In this document: positions 1 to 10,465 of the stretch, one piece after another
Layout of the letters: every line of letters starts with the position of its first letter
Numbering within the stretch: position 1 is the stretch's first letter
Source of the DNA: Thermoplasmata archaeon
GTDB taxonomy: Archaea > Thermoplasmatota > Thermoplasmata > UBA10834
Assembly: GCA_049273895.1 (NCBI GenBank)
Contig: JBASRQ010000165.1
Span: 1-53,950 of the forward strand
Direction: 5' to 3'
Length of the DNA: 53,950 bases
Translations under genes and position numbers: made by a program
The notes under the pieces: model-generated
Databases searched by the model: none
What the model saw: only the letters and a program-made list of their open reading frames with translations
Told to the model about the DNA's origin: nothing

Positions 1-1191
1 GTCGATGAGATCTCCATCCTCCCGCCGGCCGCCCCCGACGGCAAGTTCGTCATCGCGAAGGTCTGGCACAGGAACTGGGAGGCAAACAGGCTGGTCCGCA
101 GGCTCGGCAGCAATCTCAGGGTCGGCAGGGCCAAGATAGGCTTTGCCGGCACCAAGGACGGCCGCTCCGTGGCGACCCAGCTGATGTCCTTCAATGCTCC
201 GATAGAAGCGGTGCAGGCACTCGCCATACCAGATGTCAAAATCACCGAGCCTTACAGAGCGAAGCGCATGATTTCCATAGGCGACCTTGTCGGCAACAGA
301 TTCATACTGAGAGTTGCCGACATCGATACTGGCCTGGATGCGAGAGCCACATGCGATTCAGTCAGGGAGAGACTAGACTCTGTCGGAGGATTTCCCAACT
401 TCTTCGGGATTCAACGGTTCGGCTCAGTGAGGCCGATCACCCATCTTATCGGAAAGGACCTGATCCGCGGCGACTTCGAAGGCGCAGTTCTAAGATATGT
501 CGCGAACCCGTCGGAAGAAGAGGACTCAGAAGCGAACGATGCTAGACGCGAGCTCCAGGAAACTAGGGATTTTGAGCGAGCCTTCCGCGAGTTCCCGATG
601 AAGCTCAGTTTCGAGCGCACGATGATAGGATACCTGAAAGACAATCCGCACGACTACCTGGGCGCTCTGAGGATGCTGCCATACAACCTGCTCATGATGT
701 TCGTTCACGCATACCAATCATACCTGTTCAACCGCATACTGAGCGAGAGGATCAGAGCGGGCATGTCGATCAGAGAGCCGGAAACGGGGGATCTCGTGCT
801 GCCCCTGAGCAAGACGAACGTTCCCGACCACGACAACCCAATACTAGTTTCAAGCGACAATCTGGTGAAGGCCACGAGGAACGCCAGAAATGGCAAGGCC
901 TTCGTCAGCGGTCTCTTGTACGGCACGGACTCCGTGTTCGCTGAGGGGAGGATGGGGGAAATCGAGAGGAGGATCATCGAGGCCGAGAGCATATCGAGAC
1001 TGGATTTCCAGATCATCGGCTTGAGGGAGGCTTCATCCAAAGGCTCGAGGAGGGAGCTCCTTTCGCCACACAAAGAGCTCGTCATCGATATCGGCAAGGG
1101 AGAAGCGAAGTTTCAGTTCACCCTGAACAAGGGATGCTATGCGACTAGCCTCATGAGGGAATTCATGAAGGCTGAGACGAGCAAGTACTAG
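1..1191 (+). CDS. truD: tRNA pseudouridine synthase, TruD/Pus7 family (N-terminus outside window)
   Basis: Frame 1 is open from base 1 (...KIGFAGTKDGRSVATQLMSF precedes the track ORF at 169). TruD-type motifs GFAGTKD and FFGIQRFG. TAG stop at 1189-1191. Confidence 0.85.
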   Translation, partial: VDEISILPPAAPDGKFVIAKVWHRNWEANRLVRRLGSNLRVGRAKIGFAGTKDGRSVATQLMSFNAPIEAVQALAIPDVKITEPYRAKRMISIGDLVGNRFILRVADIDTGLDARATCDSVRERLDSVGGFPNFFGIQRFGSVRPITHLIGKDLIRGDFEGAVLRYVANPSEEEDSEANDARRELQETRDFERAFREFPMKLSFERTMIGYLKDNPHDYLGALRMLPYNLLMMFVHAYQSYLFNRILSERIRAGMSIREPETGDLVLPLSKTNVPDHDNPILVSSDNLVKATRNARNGKAFVSGLLYGTDSVFAEGRMGEIERRIIEAESISRLDFQIIGLREASSKGSRRELLSPHKELVIDIGKGEAKFQFTLNKGCYATSLMREFMKAETSKY

Positions 1192-1227
1192 CAAACGGTT
1201 ATTTCGTCGCGCAACATTCGGTGTCGC

Positions 1228-1389
1228 GTGAAAAGACCGAAGACAGTGCTCACGTGTCCCGAATGCGGGTCAGCTGACCTTTACTATGAGACCGGGTTGA
1301 TCACTGGCTATAAGTACCACTGCAAGAGGTGCGGCTACATCGGAGCATTCGTGATAGAAAAGGAAATGGAAGAAGAAGCGGAGAAATAG
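1228..1389 (+). CDS. small zinc-ribbon protein, 53 aa (below ORF-track size cutoff)
   Basis: GTG 1228 to TAG 1387-1389 reads VKRPKTVLTCPECGSADLYYETGLITGYKYHCKRCGYIGAFVIEKEMEEEAEK. It has two CxxC knuckles (CPEC, CKRC) and an acidic tail, and fills the truD-pan gap. Confidence 0.45.
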   Translation: MKRPKTVLTCPECGSADLYYETGLITGYKYHCKRCGYIGAFVIEKEMEEEAEK

Positions 1390-1418
1390 TCTCCGCATGC
1401 CGCGTCCGGGGGGTTCGG

Positions 1419-2627
1419 CTACGCGAACATCGGACCCGATTCCATCGCTTTCTCTGCGCCCTCATCAAGGACCTTCAGAGTGGCCTTTTCGAAGTCCACC
1501 ATCGTCACAATGTCCCTGTTCTCTCTGATCGCGAACATTCCAGCCTCTGTGCAGATAGCCTTGATGTCCGCGCCAGTCGAGCCCTCCGACTTCGCAGCGA
1601 GATCTTCGAGATTCACCGTGGAATCGAGGTTCATGCGCTTCGAGTGGATCCTGTAGATCTCAGTCCTCGATTCGAAGTTCGGCATCGGAATCTCGATGAT
1701 CCTGTCGAACCTTCCAGGCCTTAGAAGAGCTTCGTCCAGAATGTCGGGTCTGTTCGTGGCGCCAATGATCTTGACTTCGCCCAAGGGGTTGAACCCGTCG
1801 AGCTCTGCGAGGAGCTGCATGAGGGTTCTCTGGACCTCTCTGTCTCCAGAGGTCGCTAGCTCCAGCCTCTTCGCGGCAACGCTGTCAATCTCGTCTATGA
1901 AGACGATAGAAGGTGCCTTCTGTCTGGCAAGGTCGAACAGCTCTCTCACGAGCCTTGCGCCCTCACCTATGTATTTCTGTACGAGCTCCGAGCCGACGAA
2001 CCTGATGAACGTCGCATTCGTCTGCTTGGCAACCGCCTTCGCCAGCAGAGTCTTGCCGGTACCAGGCGGACCGACAAGCAGCACGCCCTTCGGCGGGTCG
2101 ATGCCGACCTTCTTGTAGAGCTCCGGCCTCAGCAGCGGATCCTCCACGGCCTCTCTGACCTCCAGGATCTGATCCTGCAGTCCGCCGATGTCGCCGTAGA
2201 CGGTGTCAGGCTTCGAGATTATCTCCGCGCCGACCACGATCGGGTCGAGCGATGGAGGCAAGACTCCCATGACTGCCAGGGTCTGTTTGTTCAATGCCAC
2301 CCGCGCGCCCGCAGTGAGCAGCTCCGTAGATACATAGTCAGATGTGCTCACTATGAAGTCGGGTCCGGTTGAACTCTTCACCACGACTCTGCCATCTGCC
2401 AGCACATCCTTGATCTGTCCTATGATGAGCGGGGGCGCTTTCAATCTCTCAAGCTCGGCCTTGAGCCTCTTCAGCTCCTTCTGGAGCCGAATAAGCTCCC
2501 CCTCGACAAACCTCTTCTCTCCTTCTACTCGGCGAGATTCTTCGACGAGCTCGAGGTTTCTTTCCTCAAGGACCGAAATCTTCCTGTGAATCTCTTCCAA
2601 CATCGGGCTTGCTTGGTCCTGTTCCAA
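1419..2627 (-). CDS. pan: proteasome-activating nucleotidase (PAN), AAA+ ATPase
   Basis: N-terminal coiled coil ([11 protein letters not shown]...[12 protein letters not shown]), Walker A GPPGTGKT, Walker B IVFIDEID, and a C-terminal hydrophobic-aromatic-X tail (MFA). Confidence 0.93.
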   Translation of the reverse strand: MEQDQASPMLEEIHRKISVLEERNLELVEESRRVEGEKRFVEGELIRLQKELKRLKAELERLKAPPLIIGQIKDVLADGRVVVKSSTGPDFIVSTSDYVSTELLTAGARVALNKQTLAVMGVLPPSLDPIVVGAEIISKPDTVYGDIGGLQDQILEVREAVEDPLLRPELYKKVGIDPPKGVLLVGPPGTGKTLLAKAVAKQTNATFIRFVGSELVQKYIGEGARLVRELFDLARQKAPSIVFIDEIDSVAAKRLELATSGDREVQRTLMQLLAELDGFNPLGEVKIIGATNRPDILDEALLRPGRFDRIIEIPMPNFESRTEIYRIHSKRMNLDSTVNLEDLAAKSEGSTGADIKAICTEAGMFAIRENRDIVTMVDFEKATLKVLDEGAEKAMESGPMFA

Positions 2628-2664
2628 TGTATTACACCTCGTTACAACACTTCTTACCGAGCTG

Positions 2665-2698
2665 GTAATTATATAAGGTTAAATACTCTATTTATTCT
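2665..2698. promoter_or_regulatory. AT-rich divergent promoter region with two TATA-like boxes (pan on minus, mbf1 on plus)
   Basis: taattatataagg (2667-2679) and tctatttatt (2687-2696) lie between the divergent starts at 2627 and 2729. These are the only AT-rich blocks in the spacer. Confidence 0.5.
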
Positions 2699-2728
2699 TT
2701 GGCTTCTTAGTCCAGTTGCGCGATTTTC

Positions 2729-3220
2729 ATGATTTGCGAGCTTTGCGGGAAAGACGTCACCTTCTGCAAGAAGGTGACTATCGAAGGGGTCCAGCTTGAA
2801 GTTTGCTCCGAATGCGCAAAGTTCGGCATCGAGTCGAAGAAAGCCCCCGAAAAGAAGGCGGGACCAACACCGGTGATAACTCAGAGGCTCGAGATTCGCG
2901 AGAAGAGATCGAGACCAAAGGACGTTCTTGAGAGTGTTGGAAAAGAGGAGCTTGTCGAGGATTTTGCGGCCCGCATCCGAAACGCGCGCTCAAGCAAAGG
3001 AATGACTCAGAAGGACCTCGCCATGAAGATCAACGAGCGTCAAACGGTTCTGAGCAAGATTGAGACTGGCCAGATGAGACCCGACGACAAGGTCATCCGA
3101 AAGCTCGAAAAGGAACTGGAAGTGAAGCTTCGAGAGAAAGTGGTGGACACTCAGATCGCGAAGGGCATGAGCACGTCCGCGCTCACACTCGCAGACCTCA
3201 TCAGGATGCAGAAGGACTGA
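2729..3220 (+). CDS. mbf1: multiprotein-bridging factor 1 (zinc ribbon + XRE-type HTH)
   Basis: N-terminal CELCGK...CSECAK zinc ribbon; C-terminal HTH MTQKDLAMKINERQTVLSKIETG. Confidence 0.85.
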   Translation: MICELCGKDVTFCKKVTIEGVQLEVCSECAKFGIESKKAPEKKAGPTPVITQRLEIREKRSRPKDVLESVGKEELVEDFAARIRNARSSKGMTQKDLAMKINERQTVLSKIETGQMRPDDKVIRKLEKELEVKLREKVVDTQIAKGMSTSALTLADLIRMQKD

Positions 3221-3232
3221 CCACGGTGCTGA

Positions 3233-3721
3233 CTAGCGGAAGTCTCTGCCGAGGATCTCAGTGGTAGCGCGCTCGATGAAGGTGCTCTCGACACAGAGAC
3301 CGTAGTCAGAGGCTACGAGGAGCGCAGCTGGCTCAACATCAATGCCCAGCAACTCCTGCTTCTTGTTGACTCTCGAAACGACTTCTCTCTTGGACACGGA
3401 CTTGGTCTTGACAATCTTGTCCACAATCTCCGAGAAGAAATCTTGCTTCGCATTTGGGACTTGGTCGAGCACCTCTTTCGTTGGTCTGTAGTCCAGAGGG
3501 ACCTCGATTCTTGACAGATCGAACGCCGGAAACACGTTGCCGTTCCTTTTTTCAAGATATCCCCCGGTGATTCCGGCATCGAGCAGCTTCTGAGCCTCTT
3601 TTGGCGAGAACCACCTTGTCTCCATCGACGCCGAGAAAACGAATTCTCGCTCCGTCAGGAACTCCTTGCCTTTGCGCCTGAACAAGAGTGCGAGACTCCT
3701 CTCGAGGTCACCCATTGCCAA
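3233..3721 (-). CDS. DUF2240 family protein
   Basis: The pattern RKGKEFLTEREFVFSASMETRWFSPKEAQKLLDAG...VNKKQELLGIDVEPAALLVA matches my recollection of archaeal DUF2240 proteins. It overlaps the upstream gene by 14 nt. Confidence 0.65.
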   Translation of the reverse strand: MAMGDLERSLALLFRRKGKEFLTEREFVFSASMETRWFSPKEAQKLLDAGITGGYLEKRNGNVFPAFDLSRIEVPLDYRPTKEVLDQVPNAKQDFFSEIVDKIVKTKSVSKREVVSRVNKKQELLGIDVEPAALLVASDYGLCVESTFIERATTEILGRDFR

Positions 3722-4313
3722 CCAATCTCCCGAAATCCTCTGAGACGATGTAGTCCGCTCCGAGCGTCTCCAGGCTGGACCGCTCGGACACCGAAGCGAA
3801 GACTCCTAGGGAGAATCCGAGTTCCCGTTTCGCGGCAACTGCTTCCTTGGCCAGATTGATCGGGACGATGAAATCGGCAATGCCGACTGCACGAACGTCT
3901 CGAGAAAGGTCGAGGAAGGCTCTGCCAGCTATAGCGGGGTCAAAACTCACGATCCCATCCCGGTAGTCTACTTTGAAGATAATGTTCTCTGAAAGCTTAA
4001 AAGCTCCTCTCAAGTCGTCGAGACTTGAGAGCGTTGTTGTACCGATCACGGCCTTTTCTGCCCCCGTGATTAGCATGTCGATCACATTGTTCGAGAACCG
4101 CACCCCTCCCTCATACAGAGTCGGAATCTCCTCGGAAATCTCGCGCACAACATCGAGCTGCGGCTTGTTTCTCGTGATTCCGTCCTCATCTGCGACATAG
4201 ACCTTTTTGAAGTTGTCCGAGAGCTTCGATGCGAACTCGGACATCTCTCCGCGTGCATACGCGCGTTTCGTGAATGAGCGACTCTTGACGTTAACGTAGG
4301 GAACAACAAACAT
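3708..4313 (-). CDS. HisA/HisF-family TIM-barrel protein
   Basis: VYVADEDGITRNKPQLDVV...YEGGVRFSNNVIDMLITGAEKAVIGTTTL resembles the HisA/HisF beta-alpha barrel pattern (DLDG..., GGGIR, G(A)...V.GT). Family-level call only. Confidence 0.5.
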   Translation of the reverse strand: MFVVPYVNVKSRSFTKRAYARGEMSEFASKLSDNFKKVYVADEDGITRNKPQLDVVREISEEIPTLYEGGVRFSNNVIDMLITGAEKAVIGTTTLSSLDDLRGAFKLSENIIFKVDYRDGIVSFDPAIAGRAFLDLSRDVRAVGIADFIVPINLAKEAVAAKRELGFSLGVFASVSERSSLETLGADYIVSEDFGRLVGNG

Positions 4314-4457
4314 GAACAGACTCGGACAAAGAAGAAGGCCCTAGATAAAACATCCTACGCGCACGTGACACGAAGGGAGAACAAGCACGCTGTCACGGAC
4401 CGATGCTCATCACATTGAAGAAAAAGAGGGGTTGTCGACACAACAGAGAGGGAGGAG

Positions 4458-4694
4458 GTGTTCACATCCGGCTCTCGGTTTGTGAAACACGGGAAGGAAA
4501 AGGAGTTTGTCAGTGCTTGGAAGGACTTCGCGGATTGGACGTTGGAGAGCCAACGAGGAATGATTGAAGCGTTCCTTCTGCAGGATCAAGATGATTTGAG
4601 GCGATTCATTTCGCACGGGCCTTGGAAGGACGCGAAGAGCATTAAGGAACGGAGGCCCAGGCCCGAATCCAAGGACTACTTGGCCAGGCCCTAG
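4458..4694 (+). CDS. small ABM/Dabb-like (antibiotic-biosynthesis-monooxygenase fold) protein, possibly C-terminally truncated
   Basis: FVKHGKEKEFVSAWKDFADWTLESQRGMIEAFLLQDQDDLRRFISHGPWKDAKSIKE fits the ABM-domain pattern. It has a GTG start and the only alternative is an antisense low-complexity ORF. Confidence 0.4.
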   Translation: MFTSGSRFVKHGKEKEFVSAWKDFADWTLESQRGMIEAFLLQDQDDLRRFISHGPWKDAKSIKERRPRPESKDYLARP

Positions 4695-4833
4695 CAACTC
4701 TGTGACGAAGTTCAGGTCAGGACTCTCGAATCTGTTTTGCATATCTCAGAGCGATAGGAACAGGGCGTTCATATCGACGCACCTGGCAAGTCGTTCCCAT
4801 GCGAAGAACGACGCTTTGTAGTCCACGACAATG

Positions 4834-4843
4834 CTTATATAGA
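4834..4843 (+). promoter_or_regulatory. TATA box of the thermosome gene
   Basis: cttatataga lies about 80 nt upstream of ATG 4921. A Shine-Dalgarno-like aaagggaggt sits at 4911-4920. Confidence 0.55.
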
Positions 4844-4868
4844 AGTTCTAACATATACAAAACCCTAC

Positions 4869-4887
4869 CCGCAGGGAATCCCTGCGG
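4869..4887. promoter_or_regulatory. perfect 19-bp palindrome (9+1+9) between TATA box and thermosome start; candidate operator or 5'-UTR hairpin
   Basis: ccgcaggga-a-tccctgcgg read directly. It lies where a TSS is expected, about 25-30 nt downstream of the TATA box. Confidence 0.5.
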
Positions 4888-4920
4888 AACTTGATCAATC
4901 CAGACAGTGGAAAGGGAGGT

Positions 4921-6561
4921 ATGAAATTGATAGGCCAAACACCGGTTTTTATCCTAAAAGAGGGAACCAAGAGAGAGAAAGGAAAAGGCGCGCAATTCAA
5001 CAACATCAGTGCCGCCAGAGCCATCGCGGATTCGGTCCGAAGCACACTAGGCCCGAGGGGCATGGACAAGATGCTCGTGGACAGCATGGGTGACGTTGTC
5101 ATAACGAACGACGGCGTGACGATTCTGAAGGAGATCGATGTTGAGCACCCGGCGGCAAAGATGCTCGTCGAGGTCGCGAAGACACAAGATGAGGAATGCG
5201 GAGACGGAACGACAACTGCGGTCATCCTCGCAGGCGAACTTCTCAAGAAGGCCGAGGCCCTGATCGAGCAGAACGTCCACCCGACGGTCATATCCGGTGG
5301 TTACAGGGCGGCCGCAACGAAGGCGAGGGAGATACTCGAAGATGTCGCGATTCCCGTGACCGCTGATGACAAGGAGACTCTCATGGACATCGCTCGCACG
5401 GCGATGATCTCGAAGAGCGTATCGGCATCTAGAGACCTGCTTGCAGACGTCGCAGTGAAGGCCGTGAGCGCAGTCGCAGAGAAGAAGGACGGCAAGTGGT
5501 TCGTGGACGATGACAACATTCAGATCGTCAAGAAACAGGGCGGCTCCATGGACGATACGAAGATGATCGCTGGAATAATCGTCGACAAGGAAGCCGTTCA
5601 CGCCGCAATGCCCAAAAGGGTCGAGAAGGCGAAGATCGCTCTCGTCGACTCAGCGCTCGAAGTCAAGAAGACCGAGATCGATGCGAAGATCGAGATCACA
5701 GACCCGAACCAGCTTCATGCGTTCCTCGACGAAGAGGAGAACATGCTGAGGAAGATGGTCGATGTTGTGAGGAAGTCAGGAGCCAGTGTCCTGTTCTGCC
5801 AGAAGGGCATCGACGACCTTGCTCAACACTACCTTGCGAAGGAGAAGATCTACGCAGTCCGCAGAGTCAAGAAGAGCGACATGGAGAAGCTGGCGAAGGC
5901 GACCGGGGCCAACCTTGTGACGAAGCTAGACGACCTCAAGGCCGACGACCTCGGCGATGCCGCGTTGATCGAGGAAAAGAAGATCGCGGACGACAGAATG
6001 ACATTCGTAACTGGCTGCAAGAACCCCAAGGCCGTTTCGGTTCTCATCAGGGGCGGCACTGAGCACGTCGTCGATGAAATCGAGCGCTCGTTGCATGACG
6101 CCATCAGCGTCGTCTCGGTCGCGATCGAGGACGGCAAGCTCGTCACGGGCGGGGGCTCGACGGCGAGTGAGCTGGCTCTCAAGTTGAGGGACTATGCAGC
6201 GTCAGTCGGTGGCAGAGAGCAGATCGCAATCGACGCGTTCGCGAGCGCCATGGAGGTCGTGCCAACGGCACTGTCCGAGAATGCGGGCCTCGACCCTATC
6301 GATGTGCTGATCGAGATGAGGCAAGCTCACAAGTCTGGCAAGAAGTACGCCGGCATCAACGTGTTCACTGGCAAAGTCGTGGACATGAGGAAGGAGAGGG
6401 TTCTGGAGCCGATCCGTGTTGGAAAGCAGGCAATCAGCTCTGCGACCGATGCGGCAGTCATGATCCTGAGGATCGATGACGTCATCGCATCTAAGGGCGG
6501 CGACAAGGGCGGCAGGGGACCCAAGGGACCCGACATGGGCGACGAGGGCGGAATGGACTGA
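4921..6561 (+). CDS. ths: thermosome subunit (group II chaperonin)
   Basis: [40 protein letters not shown] and a Gly/Met-rich tail. ATG 4921 is preferred over track TTG 4891 because of the SD directly upstream. Confidence 0.96.
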   Translation: MKLIGQTPVFILKEGTKREKGKGAQFNNISAARAIADSVRSTLGPRGMDKMLVDSMGDVVITNDGVTILKEIDVEHPAAKMLVEVAKTQDEECGDGTTTAVILAGELLKKAEALIEQNVHPTVISGGYRAAATKAREILEDVAIPVTADDKETLMDIARTAMISKSVSASRDLLADVAVKAVSAVAEKKDGKWFVDDDNIQIVKKQGGSMDDTKMIAGIIVDKEAVHAAMPKRVEKAKIALVDSALEVKKTEIDAKIEITDPNQLHAFLDEEENMLRKMVDVVRKSGASVLFCQKGIDDLAQHYLAKEKIYAVRRVKKSDMEKLAKATGANLVTKLDDLKADDLGDAALIEEKKIADDRMTFVTGCKNPKAVSVLIRGGTEHVVDEIERSLHDAISVVSVAIEDGKLVTGGGSTASELALKLRDYAASVGGREQIAIDAFASAMEVVPTALSENAGLDPIDVLIEMRQAHKSGKKYAGINVFTGKVVDMRKERVLEPIRVGKQAISSATDAAVMILRIDDVIASKGGDKGGRGPKGPDMGDEGGMD

Positions 6562-6671
6562 AGTCCGCCCCACGAAACCTCTTCAACTTCTTTGATTTAG
6601 TCAGATGACCGAACGGATAGGCAGCCGTGCAGACTGGCGATATGCCATCGAGTGCCTGGAGGCGACGGACA

Positions 6672-7280
6672 ATGGCAAATGAGGAAGCTAAGGAAGCAGC
6701 GACGCCCGAGGAGGGCGAGACAAAAGAGGCTGCGGTCACCGACCCTCTGGCGCTCAGGGACAAGAAGATCGCGGAGCTCACGGACGACCTGAAACGTCTT
6801 CAGGCCGAGTTCGACAACTACAAGAAGCGCAGCGAGAAGGAGTGGAGCGAGAGGTCAAGATACGCCACGCAGAATCTGATGAAGGATCTTCTGGCGGTCC
6901 TTGACTCCTTCGACAAGGCCATAGAGGACGCAAAGAGCAATCACAACAGAAACAGCCTGAAGGCTGGGCTAGAAGGCCTTCACAAACAGCTGCTGCAGAC
7001 GCTCCAGCGGGAGGGCCTGAAGGAGATCAAGGCGGAAGGCAAATTCGACCCGTTCGTCCATGAGGCCCTCATGAAGGAGGAGCGAAACGATGTTGAGGAG
7101 GGGAAGATCCTAGAGGTTTACCAAAAGGGCTACGCAATCGGACAAAAGCCATTGCGACCGACAAAGGTGAAGGTGGCCAAGAGCAAGGAGCCTGAGGTAG
7201 CACCAGAAGAGAACGGGAATCACGCTAATGATACGAAGACCAATCACAAGGCGGAAGAGGATGAGGAAGAGACCAAGTAG
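6672..7280 (+). CDS. grpE: nucleotide exchange factor GrpE
   Basis: Coiled-coil N-terminus, then FDPFVHEALMKEE...VYQKGYAIGQKPLRPTKVKV, and it lies immediately upstream of dnaK. The internal ATG 6672 (MANEEAKE) is preferred. Confidence 0.9.
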   Translation: MANEEAKEAATPEEGETKEAAVTDPLALRDKKIAELTDDLKRLQAEFDNYKKRSEKEWSERSRYATQNLMKDLLAVLDSFDKAIEDAKSNHNRNSLKAGLEGLHKQLLQTLQREGLKEIKAEGKFDPFVHEALMKEERNDVEEGKILEVYQKGYAIGQKPLRPTKVKVAKSKEPEVAPEENGNHANDTKTNHKAEEDEEETK

Positions 7281-7292
7281 AGGTGACTGAAC

Positions 7293-9179
7293 ATGGCAGC
7301 GTCAAAAGGCAAGATAATAGGAATCGACTTAGGGACCAGCAACTCAGCGGCGGCGGTGGTGGAAGCCGGAAGGCCGACCATCATCCCGAGCGCGGAGGGA
7401 ACAAGCCTCGGAGGAAAGGCGTTCCCATCATATGTGGCGTTCACAAAGGACGGCCAGATGCTTGTGGGAGAGCCCGCCAGAAGGCAGGCGGTGTCGAACC
7501 CCGAGGGCACCGTGATGGCCATCAAGCGGAAGATGGGGACTGACTACAAGGTCAGGGTATACGGCAAGGAGTACACACCCCAGCAGATCTCGGCGTTCAT
7601 CCTGCAGAAGATAAAGAGAGATGCGGAGGCCTACCTCGGAACGAAGGTCGAGAAGGCGGTCATCACTGTCCCTGCCTATTTCAATGACAACCAGAGACAG
7701 GCCACGAAGGATGCTGGACAGATTGCAGGCCTTGAGGTCGTAAGGATCATCAACGAGCCCACAGCCGCCGCACTTGCGTACGGCCTCGACAAGGCCGAGA
7801 AGGAGCAGAAGATACTGGTTTTCGACCTTGGCGGAGGCACGCTCGATGTCACGATCATGGAGTACGGCCAGGGAGTGTTCGAAGTCATTTCCACCAGCGG
7901 CGACACGCAGCTCGGCGGAACCGACATGGACAACGCCATCGTGGACTACATCGCGAAGGAGTTCAAGTCGGACACGGGCATCGACATCTCGAAGGACAAG
8001 ATGGCTGTCCAGAGGGCGAGAGAGGCGGGCGAGAAGGCGAAGATAGAGCTCTCATCAACGCTCGAGACAGAGATCAACCTTCCGTACCTCAGCGCAGACG
8101 CCTCCGGTCCCAAACACCTGACCATGAAGCTCACCCGAACCAAGCTGGAGGAGCTCGTCAGACCAACGGTCGAAAGGTGCAGGAAGCCGATGGCGCAGGC
8201 GTTGGATGACGCGAAGCTCGCGCCCGACAAGATAGATAAGGTCATTCTGGTCGGAGGGCCCACGAGAATGCCCATCGTTCAGAAGTTCGTCGATGAGATC
8301 GTTGGGAAGAAGACCGTGGGAGGAGTTGACCCGATGGAGTGCGTCGCGATGGGTGCTGCAATTCAGGGCGGCGTCCTTGAGGGAACGGTCAAAGACATCC
8401 TCCTGCTCGATGTGACTCCGCTTTCGCTCGGAGTGGAGACGCTCGGAAGCGTGTTCCACAAGCTCATCGAAAGAAACTCCACGATTCCGACAAGGAAGAG
8501 CGAGATCTTCAGCACTGCGGCAGACGGGCAGACGAGCGTCGAGATACATGTTCTCCAGGGAGAAAGACCGATGGCGCCCGACAACGTCACGCTCGGAAGA
8601 TTCCACCTCATCGGCATCCCGCCGGCACCGAGAGGGATCCCGCAGATCGAGGTCACATTCGACATTGATGCCAACGGCATCATCGATGTGAAGGCCAAGG
8701 ACCTCGGAACCGGTCAGGAACAGAAGATTACCATAACGGCCACAACGAAGCTCGGCAAGAACGAAATCGAGAAGATGGTCAAGGACGCGGAGAAGTTCGC
8801 AGACGAGGACCGCAAGCGGAAGGAGAAGGCCGAGCTCAAGAACAGAGCTGAGCAGAAGGCATACGAGGTCGCGAAGATCCTCGGGGAAATGGGAGACAAG
8901 GTCCCGCAAGATCTGAAGGACAAGCTGAACAAGCTTGCAGAGGAGGTCAAGGAAGCCGTCCAGACAGACGATGCCGCCAAGATCAAGGAGAAGCTGGACG
9001 AGTTGGAGAAGGCCCTGCTCGAAATCGGCAAGAGGGTCTACGAGGCTGCCGGCAGGCAGGCACAGCAGGCGCAGGGCCCACCGCCAGGGGCGGAGCCTGA
9101 GGAGCCCTCGGGCGGAGACAAGGGCTACGTCGATGCCGACTACAAGATCGTCGACGACGAGGAAGACAAGAAGAAGTAG
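7293..9179 (+). CDS. dnaK: molecular chaperone DnaK (Hsp70)
   Basis: [29 protein letters not shown] and an acidic C-terminal tail. Confidence 0.98.
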   Translation: MAASKGKIIGIDLGTSNSAAAVVEAGRPTIIPSAEGTSLGGKAFPSYVAFTKDGQMLVGEPARRQAVSNPEGTVMAIKRKMGTDYKVRVYGKEYTPQQISAFILQKIKRDAEAYLGTKVEKAVITVPAYFNDNQRQATKDAGQIAGLEVVRIINEPTAAALAYGLDKAEKEQKILVFDLGGGTLDVTIMEYGQGVFEVISTSGDTQLGGTDMDNAIVDYIAKEFKSDTGIDISKDKMAVQRAREAGEKAKIELSSTLETEINLPYLSADASGPKHLTMKLTRTKLEELVRPTVERCRKPMAQALDDAKLAPDKIDKVILVGGPTRMPIVQKFVDEIVGKKTVGGVDPMECVAMGAAIQGGVLEGTVKDILLLDVTPLSLGVETLGSVFHKLIERNSTIPTRKSEIFSTAADGQTSVEIHVLQGERPMAPDNVTLGRFHLIGIPPAPRGIPQIEVTFDIDANGIIDVKAKDLGTGQEQKITITATTKLGKNEIEKMVKDAEKFADEDRKRKEKAELKNRAEQKAYEVAKILGEMGDKVPQDLKDKLNKLAEEVKEAVQTDDAAKIKEKLDELEKALLEIGKRVYEAAGRQAQQAQGPPPGAEPEEPSGGDKGYVDADYKIVDDEEDKKK

Positions 9180-9266
9180 GCGCTCACCTGTAACCCACCA
9201 CTCCTGGACGCCTTCAATTTCATCATCCGCTCAGAGGAGCGCCCACAGACCAGGAAGGACTGAAGA

Positions 9267-10424
9267 ATGGCTCAGAAACGGGACTACTATGAGGTACTCG
9301 GCGTGCAGAGAGGGGCCTCGAAGGACGAGATCAAGCAGGCCTACAGAAAGCTCGCGATGAAGTACCATCCCGACATGAACAAGGAAAACGTCAAGGCAGC
9401 AGAGGAGAAGTTCAAGGAGATCTCCGAAGCGTACGAGGTCCTGGTCGATGATGACAAGAAGGCACGGTACGACCAGTTCGGCCATGCAGGCGTCGAAGGC
9501 ACATTCAGGACGGGAGGATTCGACTGGTCCGACTTCACGCACTTCGGAGACATCAGCGACATCTTCGGGGACCTTGGAGGGTTCGGTTTCGGCGGGGGCA
9601 TATTCGACCAGTTCTTCGGGAGGACCGCCAGGAGAGGACCTCAAGAAGGGCGATCGCTCAGATATGATGTCGAGGTGACGCTTGATGACATTGCCAAGGG
9701 CGTAGAGAAGGAAATCCGCATTCCTCATTCTGTCGCATGCAAGACCTGCGGAGGAGAGGGCGCCAAGGAAGGCGACTTCAGGACATGCCCGACGTGCAAA
9801 GGCCAAGGTCAAGTCCAGAGAGGCCAGAGGAGAGGAAACACGAATTTCGTGACGATCACCAACTGTCCGACTTGCGGCGGTACCGGAAAGCAGATTGTCC
9901 GTGAGTGCCCGTCGTGCAGAGGAGCTGGAGTCAGCCAAACGACGAGCAACATCAAAGTGTCCATCCCGAAAGGTGCCGATGAGGGCATGAGGCTGAGGAT
10001 AAGGGGTGCAGGAGAGGCGAGTTCGAACGGCGGACCACCCGGGGACCTGTATATAGTGGTGCACATGGCGGAGCACCCGCTCTTTGCAAGGGAAGGAAGA
10101 GACCTCTTCGTCGAAACGCCCATTTCTTTCACTCAAGCCGCGCTTGGAGATCAGGTCGAAGTGCCCACGCTCGATGGCACCGCGCTCGTCTCCATACCCG
10201 CTGGAACCCAGACCGGGACGGTATTCAGGCTGAAGGGCAAGGGCCTCCCGGACATGAGAGGCAGAGGCCAAGGGGACGAATTCGTCAAGGTGAGCGTTGT
10301 CACTCCATCGAAGCTGACCAATCAGCAGAAGGATCTTCTGAGACAGTTCTCGCAGTCCGTAGGGGGATACGAGAAATCGACCCCCCGTAAGTCCATCTTC
10401 AAGGGGTTCAGAAAGGGCGAATAG
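9267..10424 (+). CDS. dnaJ: molecular chaperone DnaJ (Hsp40)
   Basis: J domain with KYHPDMNK, a G/F-rich linker and four CxxCxGxG motifs ([32 protein letters not shown]). Confidence 0.96.
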   Translation: MAQKRDYYEVLGVQRGASKDEIKQAYRKLAMKYHPDMNKENVKAAEEKFKEISEAYEVLVDDDKKARYDQFGHAGVEGTFRTGGFDWSDFTHFGDISDIFGDLGGFGFGGGIFDQFFGRTARRGPQEGRSLRYDVEVTLDDIAKGVEKEIRIPHSVACKTCGGEGAKEGDFRTCPTCKGQGQVQRGQRRGNTNFVTITNCPTCGGTGKQIVRECPSCRGAGVSQTTSNIKVSIPKGADEGMRLRIRGAGEASSNGGPPGDLYIVVHMAEHPLFAREGRDLFVETPISFTQAALGDQVEVPTLDGTALVSIPAGTQTGTVFRLKGKGLPDMRGRGQGDEFVKVSVVTPSKLTNQQKDLLRQFSQSVGGYEKSTPRKSIFKGFRKGE

Positions 10425-10465
10425 TCAAAACCTATTTATCCAGAGTAGCACAGATACTACTCCAG

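Noticed and set aside
4410-4742. 110-aa minus-strand ORF overlapping the ABM-like gene.
   Set aside because: The plus-strand product shows an ABM-like sequence pattern. The minus-strand product is Pro/Leu/Arg-rich with no recognisable features.
8055-8909. 284-aa ORF antisense to dnaK. Similar long antisense ORFs occur at 13322-14098, 28995-29639 and 34403-35143.
   Set aside because: The same reasoning applies: each is the shadow of a well-supported gene.
9231-10271. 346-aa ORF antisense to dnaJ.
   Set aside because: It lies entirely within the strongly recognisable dnaJ gene on the other strand. Its composition is Arg/Ser/Leu/Pro-rich with no motifs, which is typical of a shadow ORF in GC-rich coding DNA.
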